From: Tubiluchus corallicola
Taxonomy: Eukaryota; Animalia; Priapulida
Assembly (NCBI GenBank): GCA_030141605.1
Contig: JAQGDQ010000872.1
Span: 22,253-86,252 of the forward strand
DNA length: 64,000 nucleotides
Reading direction: 5' to 3'
The notes under the pieces were generated by a model, which was given only the letters and a program-made list of their open reading frames with translations, was not told the DNA's origin and did not search any database. Position numbers and translations under genes: made by a program. Positions 50,201 through 63,321 of this stretch are shown piece after piece; position 1 is the stretch's first letter, and every line of letters starts with the position of its first letter.

Positions 50201-53200
50201 ATTTCTCACATTCTGTGATGGCTGTAATCTTCCAACTTTGATTTCTTCACGCGCCAGACTCATGGCGGACGACACTAGATGGAGCACTCGCATGTAAACG
50301 ACAAATTGCTCGGTGCGCCGGTAGTCATCGCCCAGCTGCGCAATGTGCTCCTGAGTTAGCATCTCATTCTGAAAGGAAGGAAAGCCTGTTAGAGACAAAG
50401 TTAACTCATATCTCAGTTTGCCGCAGAAAAGCGGGGAAATGTCACTCCGGATTTTCTGATTCTTCAAATTTCCCGATATTAAAGTAATGCAGTAGGCACT
50501 AGGTACATTGTTAGACTCACGGTAATGTAGACTAAATTGTCTAATTGTCTCAGAAATGTCTAGTACTGGCTGCAAAAGTATATAAAAACTGTCGGTAACT
50601 GCCTCAAATAACTCCGCATAAGTGACTCAATATTTTTCCTTCACGTACTTAAAATAAGACATTCGTATGTGTCCAAAGAGCCTTTCCTATTTTTATGCCA
50701 TCTTTACTTCCCTTTTGTGCACTATAATATATGTAGAAACAATCATGTTAAGTACCGTTTCGTTTGTAAGCAGGTACGTTTATCATGCACTAATACGCTA
50801 GCGTAAGTTTTGATTTGTATCTGTTACCCACTGGCCCACTGCAATTAACCTCGTTACCCAAGAATTTCTGGAAGTTAAACATTTAATCACTTGTCTAGTG
50901 GTTTCCTTTTGATACTCAAGTTGCAAATCACGCTTTCAGGCTTAATAAGTTAACAGTGACTGATGCAAGTACAGTAATTTTTGTAGATAAACAAACTTGT
51001 GTGATTTAGAAAAGTATACTTTTTAATTATTGCTAATACACTTGTATAATATACATTTTTTCTAATTTTTAACTGCACAGAGGAATTTAGGCATTACTTC
51101 GTTTCTAAAATTCATTAAAAACCTTTGCAGTGCACAGTAAGCTGATACTTCTATACCAGTAACTACACCCATTGGTTAATAGGTTCAGTCGGTTAATTGG
51201 ATCAAAACACTTCGGTCCCAAAGTGAATCTATCAAGTGGCCTCTACTGTATTTACATATATATGTATATGTATATATATTGAAAATTTTTAATATGAGTT
51301 TTTATGTTATTTACAAAGTTGAGAACTAATGTATTCCAGAAACGTCAAGTTACAATAATAAAATTTTTCATAAATAATACTGTTGCAATTTTACGTAAAA
51401 ACGTACTCCTCTGTTCATGAACGATTCCGTCAGCTTCCCGATGGCTCCCTCTCTTGACTTGGCAATCTCGTACAGGTAATCCACCAGAGCAAGGACAAAG
51501 TTCAACTTAGCCAGAGTCTCATTGTGCTCTTTCTGCAAGCAAATAGACAGCAAATCAAGGGATTAAATCAAAAGCACAATGGCAATGTTTTACACAATGC
51601 TGCGTAATGTTGTGTTGCAGAATTAAGGCTTGTAAGTGTTTTAATGTCGTCCTTAAACCGAAACAGCAAATGTTTGTTTCCATAGCAAAAACGTCTGTAA
51701 GTCGGCAGTTAAACTTTTCCAGTTATTCATATATCCTGAATTTCCATTTCATGAGCATCATTTTAATACCAAGTTCATCGTTCTGTGTTATTTCTAAGCT
51801 GAGATAATCCACGTTGAAGTTGAGGTGCAGGCTGTGCACTGAAAAACATAATCTTGAGAAAATCACTGTTGAAGTTAGCCATTGTTTTTGTCACGTTTCT
51901 ACAAAACACTTAGCAACAGCACAAATGTTGGTTGCTATGGACTTTGCAAGAGCAAATTGAAGTAACGTTTAAATCCAGTAGATGGCTCTTTATGATGAAG
52001 ATCTGGGCCTGGCGACAGAAAAAATCCAAAGCAAATGCCTGCAATTCACAAGTTATTATAGGAGTTTGAAAATACGAGTTTTTGACAAACACATTCCTAG
52101 TTTTTAGGCAAAGAAGTAGGTAAAGAGTTATAAAATTAAATGTTTAGTATTTTTTAAACAATTTGCTGACATTTTGATGCTAGGATAGAAAATCCCATTA
52201 TAATTAGCATTAGTTTTGAAAAAAAAATAAAAAAACTGACATCTGAGCAAATTTTTGATGCATTCTACTTTGAAGCATCATAACGCAGGTTTAATTATGT
52301 CGGCTTGCAGACGATTTTGGTTTGCGAACACATAAATGATTACAAATTACCTCCAGTATAGTTTCTTCGGGAAGCTCTGGAGCCACAAGGTAAGCACATA
52401 AATGATTACAAATTACCTCCAGTATAGTTTCCTCGGGAAGCTCTGGAGCCACAAAGTAAATAGGACCCTCCATGTTCGGAGGACTCTGCGGTACAATGGC
52501 TCCGGGGTACAACTCCTCCACATCTCTCGTCTCCTTCGTCTCCGCAATGGGTTCCGTACTCGGTTGAAATTCTCTTGCGCTGTGTGTACGATCTCGGTAT
52601 GGTAAGACAATGTGTTGCCCGGCAACGGGTGCAGGGTACAAGATGGCTGTAAAACAAACAATGTAAACTGTAAAGAAATCTAATTAAAGGGAAAAAGGGA
52701 ATTCTAGAGTTTGTCGCATAAAAATTTTCCTCGCAAAGTTGTATTACGAAGCTCTACGGCTACCTGCTTGAAAAACTTGAGTACTTAAAAAAGAAAATTT
52801 TTAGTTAATTTAAATGTTCGCACCACGCGGTAAAATGCCGTTGACTCACCTTCCCAGGATGCACCACTGATTCACTAAAAAACATATTATCAATCCTATT
52901 GACAAGATACAGTAATTTAAAATTTTACTCAGTTAGTGATCTGTGTGCTACGAAAGCTCTGATTATTTTTCAAACTTTACACAATGCTATCTAAACTTGT
53001 TTCAAACAACTTACCATTAAAATTACTGCACCTAGCGATCATCGCTGAGTTTAAATTTACAAGTTTTATACAGCGTTACTGCTAAAGCAAGCTCTGTGCG
53101 CAATAAGACAGTACCCGTGTGGTGATGCAAAATTTGAAGACGAATTTTTCCGTTTTACGTAAGGAAAGGGTTTTCTCATGCTTTAAAACTGTAAAAATTA

Positions 53201-56200
53201 CCTAAATACGAACTTACTTCTAACCACTATAGCAAAACAGACAAACGAAAAACTGATTTAAACAGTAAACAGTACATCATTATCAAAAAAAAACTACATA
53301 GAAAAGTGAAACCTACTTGGTACAAAGCCTCCATTCGTTAAAGCTGCTTTTAGTAGCTGCTCCGTTAGGCGACCGCCACTATTTGACCTCCTAAACATGG
53401 CCGCTCCACTCTCATATCCGGCATCTTCCTGCTCATTCCCTGGACAAAAAGAAAAAACAGAAACCACATGAAGTGAAATAGAGATGTTGCTTTTGTGGTT
53501 CAACCGACGTGTATTAAGAACGGAAAATTTAAAAAAGTACCTCTATACCTAATAATAGATCTGTACGCTTACTTTGGACTGCAGTTTCATGTCTAGGTCT
53601 CATTATTACAATAACTACAACGTACAAATGGCAGCTTCCAAAATGAGAATCTTATTGCAGCCATTTTGGACTTGTGATACCATATAATTGTGCTAGCAAA
53701 CCAAAACCATCAATAAGTCGGCGTAGTTAAAACTACGTTATGATGCTTTGGAGTAGAATGCACCAAAAAATTTGGTCAAATGTCAATTTTTTGTGTTTTT
53801 ATAAAAACAAATGGTAAATACATTGGACTTTTATATTGTAGCATCAAATTATCAAGAAAGTGTTTAAAAAATACTAAAAATCTAATTTTATAACGCCGTA
53901 CCCACTTTTTTGGCTAGAAACTAGTACTGCAATTGTAAAACTTGTACTTTCTAACTGCGTCTGTAGCTCCTGGAAATATTCATTTTACTTCAACGTGTTC
54001 TTGTCAAGTCCATAGCAACCAACATTTGCGCAGTTGCTAAGTGTTTTGTAGAAACGTGACAAGAAACAATGGCTGACTTTAACAGTGATTTTCTCAAGAT
54101 TATGTTTTCCAGTGTGAAGCCTGCACCTCAACTTCAACGTGGATTATCTCAACTTAGAAATAACATAGAGCGATGAACTTGGTATCAAAATGATCCTCAC
54201 GAAATGGAGATTCGGGATGTGTGAATAACTAGAAAAGCTTAATTGACGACCTATGAATGATTTTACCATGCTAACACACATATACAAATTTCTGCATCTG
54301 GTAGTAAAACATACCCTGCACAGCAAAATCCACCATGTTAGCCGGCATGGTCTGTGCACGCATACCACCGAATGCTGCCCTGAGCGGGCGAGTAGGACTT
54401 TCTCCGCCCGACACTGCAGGAAGATTTAGCGAATACGGTCCTTTAACCGGGGAGTCGGTTATCGTGGGCAAGCCGGGCTGTGCCAAACTGCTCGGGGTAG
54501 GAACACGATGAAGCAGCGGTACAGAAGTAGGTGGCGTACCTGTAATGAAATGATGTTCACTCTCGTTGTTAGTTACTAATCATTAAGCATTAAATGTCCT
54601 GGGTTGGGTGCGAAAGTGGTTTAGATTTCGGACTGCAACAATGCAGTCTTCGAGTCCAGCGCCTGCCAACGCTAGGACATAAACCCTACATGTTATTCGT
54701 TATTTGTGTGTTGCGTCTTTACATGTGTTGTTGTAAATGTAAGTCGCTAAATTGCCGTTAGTGTGGCAGCCTCTCTGTATTAGGCGAAAATTTCTTTCAC
54801 TTTGCTTTAATATCTAACAGAAAATTGATGTTCTTGTGTAAGTGCTGCCACCTGTTTCACCTGGTTGGGTAGGTGAGTTGGCTTGAGCAGCAGTAGTCAG
54901 ACTGCAATGATTTATGTTGACACATTCCAGAATTGCTAATATTTTTGTTTTCAAGATTTGAGTCTTACGTTTTTGTTGGATCTACTTCATTACCTTAATG
55001 TTTTCATAGTTGCAACAATGTAACAATGTAACAATACTAATAAACTTAGTTAATATGTTACATCCATCAGTCAGTTCACCTTCGCATACTAAACCTGTTG
55101 CTTAAGAAACAGACTCAATGTTTACCTGTACTCCACCGACGGTGCGGTGACCCCTGGCAGCTGGGCGGGGTCGTGCCAGCCCGCACTACTGAAAGGGGTG
55201 ATACCGGAGGAGGCGTGCCCTGACTAGATGCACTACTCGAACGAACTCGGCCCAGATTTGGGGGAGTACCAATCATAAACTGAACTGTAACAGAAAATTT
55301 TCAAAAACTGTGTAAAAGCTCCTCCCACAACTGTTTTAATGAGAATAATTATATAAAAATTATGAATAATTATGAATATTATAAATGTCAAGTGACGATT
55401 GTGGTTAAGACGCGTTGCTGTGGCACCCTTAACCTTTGACCTGCAGCAACTGTGCGTGCTCACAACGAAACTGCGCGTGCTCACAACGAAACTGTGCGTG
55501 CTCACAACGAAACTGTGAAAAGAGTTATTGTAAACAAAATTTTGTCCAAATTTAGCTGATCCTGAGCATAAAGCTACAGTAGACAATTTGTTTCTGATAC
55601 TTTACGTATCGAAAATTTGCAATAACAACGTTTAAGAAAGTGCAGCCTTAGAAAATTTAGTTTTCTTACCAGCAGGAGGCGACAGTGAGGCAATAGGGGC
55701 AGTAGAGCCAGCCGAGCCAACGGAAGCTGCTGAATCAGTTCTAGGAATTGGCACGCCAGTTACTGCCTATTAAAGTAAAAAAACCATTAAAATGAGAAAA
55801 ACTTTCACTTTGTAGAAATGAAGATTATGATTTAACAGCACAAGCATACTAAAAGAAAACTTCAAAACAAAACAGCTGCTGTATACTACTCTCAAAATAC
55901 TGACTTTATAGTATAGATTGTTGATTACCTTTGGTGGCCTACTGGGACTTGCCTCAGACCGCTCTGACCTCATCGAATGGTCAGACTGCGGCAAAGACTG
56001 AGTAGAGTTAGACTGTTGCATTTTATTATAATTTTCAACCTGCAAAAAAATCAATAATTTAACATGTGCAAATTCGAACTAACATAAACATTTGATTTGG
56101 TAAAGCAGAGAAAATTCAAATTAAAATGTAAGCAATTTCAGCAGGTCAGTAGAGGAAACAGGCCAACCAATCACAAATCATTATAAAGCAAACAAATGCA

Positions 56201-59200
56201 CATAAGCAAGACTTTTTCTGTTTTCTGTTTCTTCTGACTTTTCTTAATATGTTATATTCATCTGAGGCACTGTGACAAAAAGCACAGTAACAATGCATGC
56301 ACTCACTTGAGAAGGAACGGGTATTGTGACAAAAACACAGTAACAATGCATGCACTCACTTGAGATGGAACGGGTATTGTGACAAAAACACAGTAATAAT
56401 GCATGCACTCACTTGAGATGGAACAGGTATTGTGACAAAAACACAGTAACAATGCATTCACGTGAGAAGGAACAGGTATTGTGACAAAAAGCACAGTAAC
56501 AATGCACTCACTTGAGAAGGAATGGGTATTGTGACAAAAACACAGTAACAATGCACTCACCTGAGAAGGAACAGGTACTGTGACAAAAAGCACAGTAACA
56601 ATGCATTCACGTGAGAAGGAACAGGTATTGTGACAAAAAGCACAGTAACAATGCACTCACTTGAGAAGGAATGGGTATTGTGACAAAAACACAGTAACAA
56701 TGCATTCACCTGAGAAGGAACAGGTACTGTGACAAAAAGCACAGTAACAATGCATTCACGTGAGAAGGAACGGGTATTGTGACAGAAAAGACAACAACAA
56801 TGTCCTCACCTGAGAAGGAACAGGTACTGTGACAAAAAGCACAGTAAAAATGCATTCACGTGAGAAGGAACAGGTATTGTGACAAAAAGCACAGTAACAA
56901 TGCACTCACTTGAGAAGGAATGGGTATTGTGACAAAAAGCACAGTAACAATGCACTCACGTGAGAAGGAACAGGTATTGTGACAAAAACGCAGTAACAAT
57001 GCACTCACCTGAGAAGCAACAGGTATTGTGACAGAAAACACAACAATAATGTCCTCACGTGAGAAGGAACAGGTATTGTGACAGAAAACACAACAATAAT
57101 GTCCTCACCTGAGAAGGAACAGGTATTGTGACAGAAAAGACAACAACAATGTCCTCACCTGAGAAGGAACAGGTATTGGCTCTGACGCATACTCATCCGA
57201 ACATCCCGACATCGGACGACTATGTATGTGCAGATCACTGGGACGTGTTGGACTTGACCGTTTGCAATAAGTAACACCATCAGACTTTGGATTGAAAGTT
57301 ACAACACTTTGCTGGTGATTCTTAGTAGAGGACTGAGCAGCACTGGAAGAAATCAATGCATCGTCACATCAACTTCGATTAGCGGAATACTAAATCAGGA
57401 AATAAAGTGTAATAAATGTAATAATAATTAACATTTTTGCCAGTTTCGATGTGCTGTAGGTCAAAGGTTTAAGTGTACCACAGCAACGCATCATAATTAC
57501 AACCGTCATTGACGTGTGTGTAAAATAAAGCCGTCTGTCACATCAGTTCAGTAACTTCAGTTGTTTTGCGTGGACTTTGTTCAATTATGCATTAGTCTGT
57601 GCGTAGAGTGATTTACTAGCAGGATCTTGCTTGGGAACAAGAAAAATGAACTAGGTAAGGTTCTAGCCGTTAAAACTGTTACTAGTACAACAGCATGGGC
57701 TGCATTGTTAAGTGAACACAAATGCGTTGTCTGGTACACTTAACCTTTGACCTTTTACACGATCTTCACCAATCGCTGGAACTGTGAAAAGGCTCATTAT
57801 ACTTAAAAATAATAATAAAAAGTATAATAATAGTTATTTAAATTGACATACTTGAATTGTGCATTATCCAAAGGTTTGCTAGCACACTCCATATCTTGAT
57901 GGATTGGCAAATTGACAGGAACCATCACAAAATCCTAAAGAGACGATATGAAAGTTTGTTATGCTAATTCAGCAAGCAATATGAGAAAAATATGAAAGTC
58001 TGGGATAGAGCATTTTTTGCCTTTCAAAACTACCTGAACTTTTATCATTTCCCCCCTGCACACAGAATACAATTTATAATATATAAGAACTGTATAGGAG
58101 AATTCATTAGAAAAATGGAATAAGAACTTGTATGGTCATTACATGTGTGCTTGCAAACCAAAATCATCCATAATAAGGCATAGTTAAAACTACGTTATGA
58201 TGCCTCAAAGTAGAATAACCCAAAAATTTGGTCAAATGTCATTTTTTTTTGTTTTTCATAAAAACAAATGCTAAATATATTGGAATTTTATATTCAAACA
58301 TCAAGTTATCAAGAAAATATTCAAAAAATACTAAAAATTTAATTTTATAACCTTGTACCCACTTTTCTGTCTAGAAATTAGTACTGCAATTGTAAAAACA
58401 TTAGTATTGCAATTTTCAAACTCTGATAAGCAGCTCTTGGAAGCAGTCATTTTGCTTCGGGTTTTTTCTGTTGCCAAGCCCAAATCTTCATAAGGAAGAG
58501 CCATCTACTGGATTTATACATAACTACAATGTGTTCTTGCAAAGTTCGTAGCAACCAACATTTGTACGGTTGCTAAGTGTTTTGCAGAAATGCAACAAAA
58601 AAACAATGGCCAACTTTAACAGTGATTTTCTCAAGATTATGTTTTTCAGTGTGCAGCCTGCACCTCAACTTCAATGTGGATTATCTCAGCTTAGAAATAA
58701 CATAGAGCGATGAACTTGGTATCAAAATGATCCTCATGAAATGGAAATTCAGCATACGTGAATAACTAGAAAATCTTAATTGCCGACTTACGGACGATTT
58801 CGCTATGCAAGCACACATTTTATCTACTGATCATTTCAGAACTTTCTAAATTATAATTACTCTGCATAGAAATGACTAGATAATGATATTTCTGCTACTT
58901 TCTAATGAGTGAATCATAAACATTTGACTATCTGGGACCTAGAGAAGCTCACATTGAAACAATCAACAGTGGAGTGAATTATGTGTTGTCTAAACGCAGG
59001 ATAATTCCACAGTAATAACACAAGCTATTCAGAAATGTGATGAAGATTTCATCTCTTGATTTGATAACGTAGGAAAGTAAATGTTAGCACTGCTTTGGAA
59101 GTAACAATGTTGAAAACAAATAAATTAATTATATATATAAAATATATATAATTATTTATATTATATATATATATTTTTCAGTTTATTTTTGTTACATTTT

Positions 59201-61275
59201 TCCTTTCACAGTGTGGGACAATCTAACAAGACCTGCTTTTTGATTGCCAGCAACACATTCACATTCATATATATATATAGACAATATATGTTGTCTTGTG
59301 CAGAAACAATAAAGACTTATTTTGTATTGTGTTCATTGTAGGCCCTTTTACCATATATTTATATTTTATAAATAATTACATTAATCAAAATTCAATAAGA
59401 AAACTTAAGTGTCGGAAGAACTATTAGATCCTTCATGTCGTCTGATTATTTCAATTTGACAACTTGCATTTTAAAAAGCTCATGAACTGATAAAGAAATT
59501 GTTAAGAAAATGCTGGCCCTTCTTAAACGACAACAAAAGAGGCACCTGAAGTAGGTCTCAGAAAAATCGTCTTAAAAAATTATATTACGTTACAGTAATT
59601 TTACGCATATATCGTACTTGTATTAAAAGGAATTTTTGTTTGTTTTCATTTTAAATCTCCAGCAATACTGTTCCGAAGTCGCCATTACATGACGTCACTA
59701 TGCCACAACGTAAATCAGGGGAAGAAAAGGCAATGTTAAATTATGTCCCAAAAAACTTTCCATGCAAATCTATATTACTTAGCTTTTGCTTTACCTGCTG
59801 GAAAGACTTACGTAACTAGAAACAACCATTTAAAATGCTTGTGCCAGTTGGTAAAATGTTGCTGGCTTACCCTCCAGGGTGCACCACTCACTAACCAGAA
59901 ACGTAATTTAATCTTATTGACAAGATACAGTAATTTAGAATTTTACTTAGTCAATGAAGAGTGTGCTACGAATGCTCTGATTATTTCTTAAACTTCACGC
60001 AATGTTATCTAAACCAGCTTCAAATGACATACCATTAAAATCACAGCGCTTAACGGTCATCGCCAAAGTTTAAATTTACAAGTTTTATACAGCGTTACTG
60101 CCGACGGAAGCCCTGCATGCAACAGAGAAAGTATATAAATGGTATAAAATTTCAAGACGATTTTTTTAAGCTTTACATAAGTGGATGGTTTTCGCTCTAA
60201 GGATTAATCGCTATCACACTTACGCCACAAGCAACTGGAGATGAAGAATTCGAATCGTTTCTAATCGTAGCCGTCACATCTCCGGTGTTGTTACCATCGG
60301 ATGAAGCGGGAATGTGTTCCTCTTCCTCAGCTTCCCTATCCAACTCCATGGCATTGCACTACAATAGAAGAATAATCAGCAAACTCTAATATTACCTTCA
60401 CTAATGAAGTTTTAATTAAGCAGATGAAAAGATGCATTACAAACAACAATGCACAAATTCCCAACAATCCCACCATAAAAGAACAGATAATGTACACCTT
60501 CAATTACTTGTACAGACTAATAAGCTTTTTCACAGTTTCATTGTGCGCACGGGCAGCTGCTGTAAATTATTATAACTTTGCTGTTTAGGCGAGGAGGCAG
60601 CCATGTTTTCCTACACCTAAACTTAGCCAGAGTTGCCATTTTGCATGATGCTGATTATGGTATTGGAGGCTAAAAAGAATCGTATTTTCTGCCAAATCAG
60701 CGTATTAATGGCTGGGTAGTGTTGCCGCTTATCCATAATTATCAGAACATACCGCCATGCCGTACAAAAAGAAATTATACGATAACCGATAATTGTGCGA
60801 TAATTTAGTAATGCGAAACTGAACAACAAAATGTGCATTGAAAAAATTTAAAGCATTACCACTAACCAGTTGGAAAATAAACAAACTTTGATTTCAACTG
60901 ATATGACATATTCCACGATCCAGTTTTAAAAACATTCGCAAAACTTTGAAAAAAATTTTCCTCCCTCCCTATTTTTTGACGTAAGAGAGAAACAATGTTT
61001 TTGTGGCCGTCCTTAGGAGCTGGAAAAGTAGAAACTACCTCAAGTGAAAACTTGCCAACTGACACATAACATGTAAGGACAAGCACATCACACGACTTTT
61101 ATTCTAAACGCTCTTAACAAAGTTGTACTCACAGATGGCGACGGAGCCGGAGACGGTGGTGTCGTCGGCATGCGTCCCGAAAGAGGCGACATGTTGACCG
61201 GTTGAATTCCAGTGGGCGTCACTAACGGATCGTTGCCGAATGAAAGATTTCTGTTTGGAACCGGCAACGGTGAAG
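47258..61275 (-). CDS. Atg1: Serine/threonine kinase ULK1/2 / Atg1 / unc-51, 3' part (kinase exons lie beyond the window end)
   Basis: Exons 61275-61133, 60358-60224, 57934-57852, 57342-57159, 56039-55929, 55766-55670, 55284-55126, 54539-54315, 53439-53317, 52646-52417, 51532-51407, 50368-50200, 48709-48570, 47464-47258; phases consistent. Motifs: LIR DFVMVP, IPVPSQVENY, APELPEETILE-KEHNETLAKLNFVLAL, EQFVVYMR, IYNYAIEMCHEAALDELFG, YKQNVEKRL. Confidence 0.93.
49585..50010. mobile_element. Tc1/mariner (Tigger-like) MITE
   Basis: TA-flanked TIR CAGTGTTCCCTCGCT / AGTGAGGGAACGCTG. Confidence 0.8.
51677..52332 (-). mobile_element. MITE family A, reverse copy
   Basis: Reverse complement of the family A consensus; abuts the duplicated ULK donor. 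Confidence 0.85.
52329..52454. repeat. 66-bp tandem duplication of a ULK exon end plus splice donor
   Basis: CACATAAATGATTACAAATTACCTCCAGTATAGTTTC.TCGGGAAGCTCTGGAGCCACAA at 52329 and 52395. Confidence 0.95.
52683..53200. mobile_element. Kolobok-like repeat copy
   Basis: Begins TTAAAGGG; similar to 4850-5280 and 59790-60200. Confidence 0.6.
53689..54280 (+). mobile_element. MITE family A copy
   Basis: Family A TIRs and core. Confidence 0.85.
55449..55517. repeat. 21-bp tandem repeat x3
   Basis: TGTGCGTGCTCACAACGAAAC. Confidence 0.85.
56265..57178. repeat. ~50-bp minisatellite (~18 units) built from a ULK exon 3' end plus donor
   Basis: Minus-strand unit contains ATACCTGTTCCTTCTCAG|GTGAG, identical to the real exon end (IPVPSQ) at 57159. 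Confidence 0.95.
58143..58818 (+). mobile_element. MITE family A, full copy
   Basis: Perfect terminal ATGTGTGCTTGCA / TGCAAGCACACAT. Confidence 0.85.
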
Positions 61276-62101
61276 CTACAAAAATACAAAATAAAGTGCT
61301 TAATGAAACACAATATTGAAAATCACAAAGTGCGGTCGACACCTGTTCACCTCCAAATGGTGTAAAGAGAAAACTGTGTTGGTCATTTCACAGAATGAAT
61401 AAAAACTGGGAAATTTCATTGCTTGAATTTGATAGAGTACAAGAAGCTTCGTTCTTTCTTCGAGCGACATGTACAGGTTACTAGTTTTTTTAATGTATTT
61501 TAGCGAATAATAGTAAAATACAGGTAGCAGTCGACTTAAAACTTACGACCCAAACTGCAAACATATAAGCACAAAACTAATAATAACTCACGCTGTTGTC
61601 TTCTTCTTAAGCTAATTAATTATAAATGCCTATGTGTTGTGTCAAATTCATCCGTTACCGTTGCCACACTTAGTGCGCCGTACACATACAATATCTAGGG
61701 GCATACCGCTGTAATACAAGGGCCTGCCTTAGAACAAATTACTGGAAAAATAACTGTTGTTGTAAGTCGACAACTACTTGTGTACATTTCCTGTTCTCAA
61801 AATGCAACTAATACTCAAATCTTTGACACAAATGAAAATTTTCTTTCTAAAGTTGTTTCCTGTACATTAGATGCAAGAGGCAATGGTAGCAAAGAACAAA
61901 TAAGGACTGTAAATTTCATTAAAGAAGTTATATGGTCTCTAGAACTTAATTGTTTTGACTTTTTGACAGGAATCAGTTGTACGCCATATTAACATACCTT
62001 ACTCTCACTTAATTGTATGTATTGACGTTGCTTACTAATCTTGTTAATTAATGTTATTTTGCTTGTTGTTTGTTTATTTGATCTGATTGTACCACAAGTA
62101 C

Positions 62102-62435
<334 letters not shown>

Positions 62436-63110
62436 TACTTATACTTATCTACATATAATTATATATATATTTATACTTATACTTATATATACTTATAATT
62501 CTGAATACATCAGGCAGCAAAATTTGCAGGTTTGCATCACAGAACTGTTTAGTCTGACAATAAAAATTTTAAATTCGAATCTTTCTAAAGTATTCAAAAC
62601 GACGAAATGCCTGGTCCCTTTAACATGATGTTTAATCTATATAAGACCTACTGGTATTTTATGATTACTTCTCCCACTAATGAGACCCACAGCCCAACAA
62701 ATGTAGAAACTGATACAATAATTTTCATTTTTGGTTCATCTTGCACATTTGCACATGCAGAGCTGTCACTGTACGTGTGCAACACCGTGTGCAAACAGTA
62801 ATTCAACCTCCAACGAATCCCGGCAAACAAAACTCACAAAAACGATCTCACCAAGGTACACACAATCCTAGCTACTGTGAGAAAACATTGGATGTTCAGA
62901 ACAATGCTCTTTGTTGTTATGAAGTATTAAGAGCTGAGATGACAAGACTCGATACGCGTACGCACACGACGAGACTAGAGTTAACCTTGAACCCTTTACC
63001 ACGGGATATTACGTGTTTGACGGTGTTTAATCAAATAGACATAATTAACGTGCAAATGCATTTAAACAGCAGGCTTAAATCAACAGGTTACCTTTAAAAA
63101 AACTATTATA

Positions 63111-63321
<211 letters not shown>

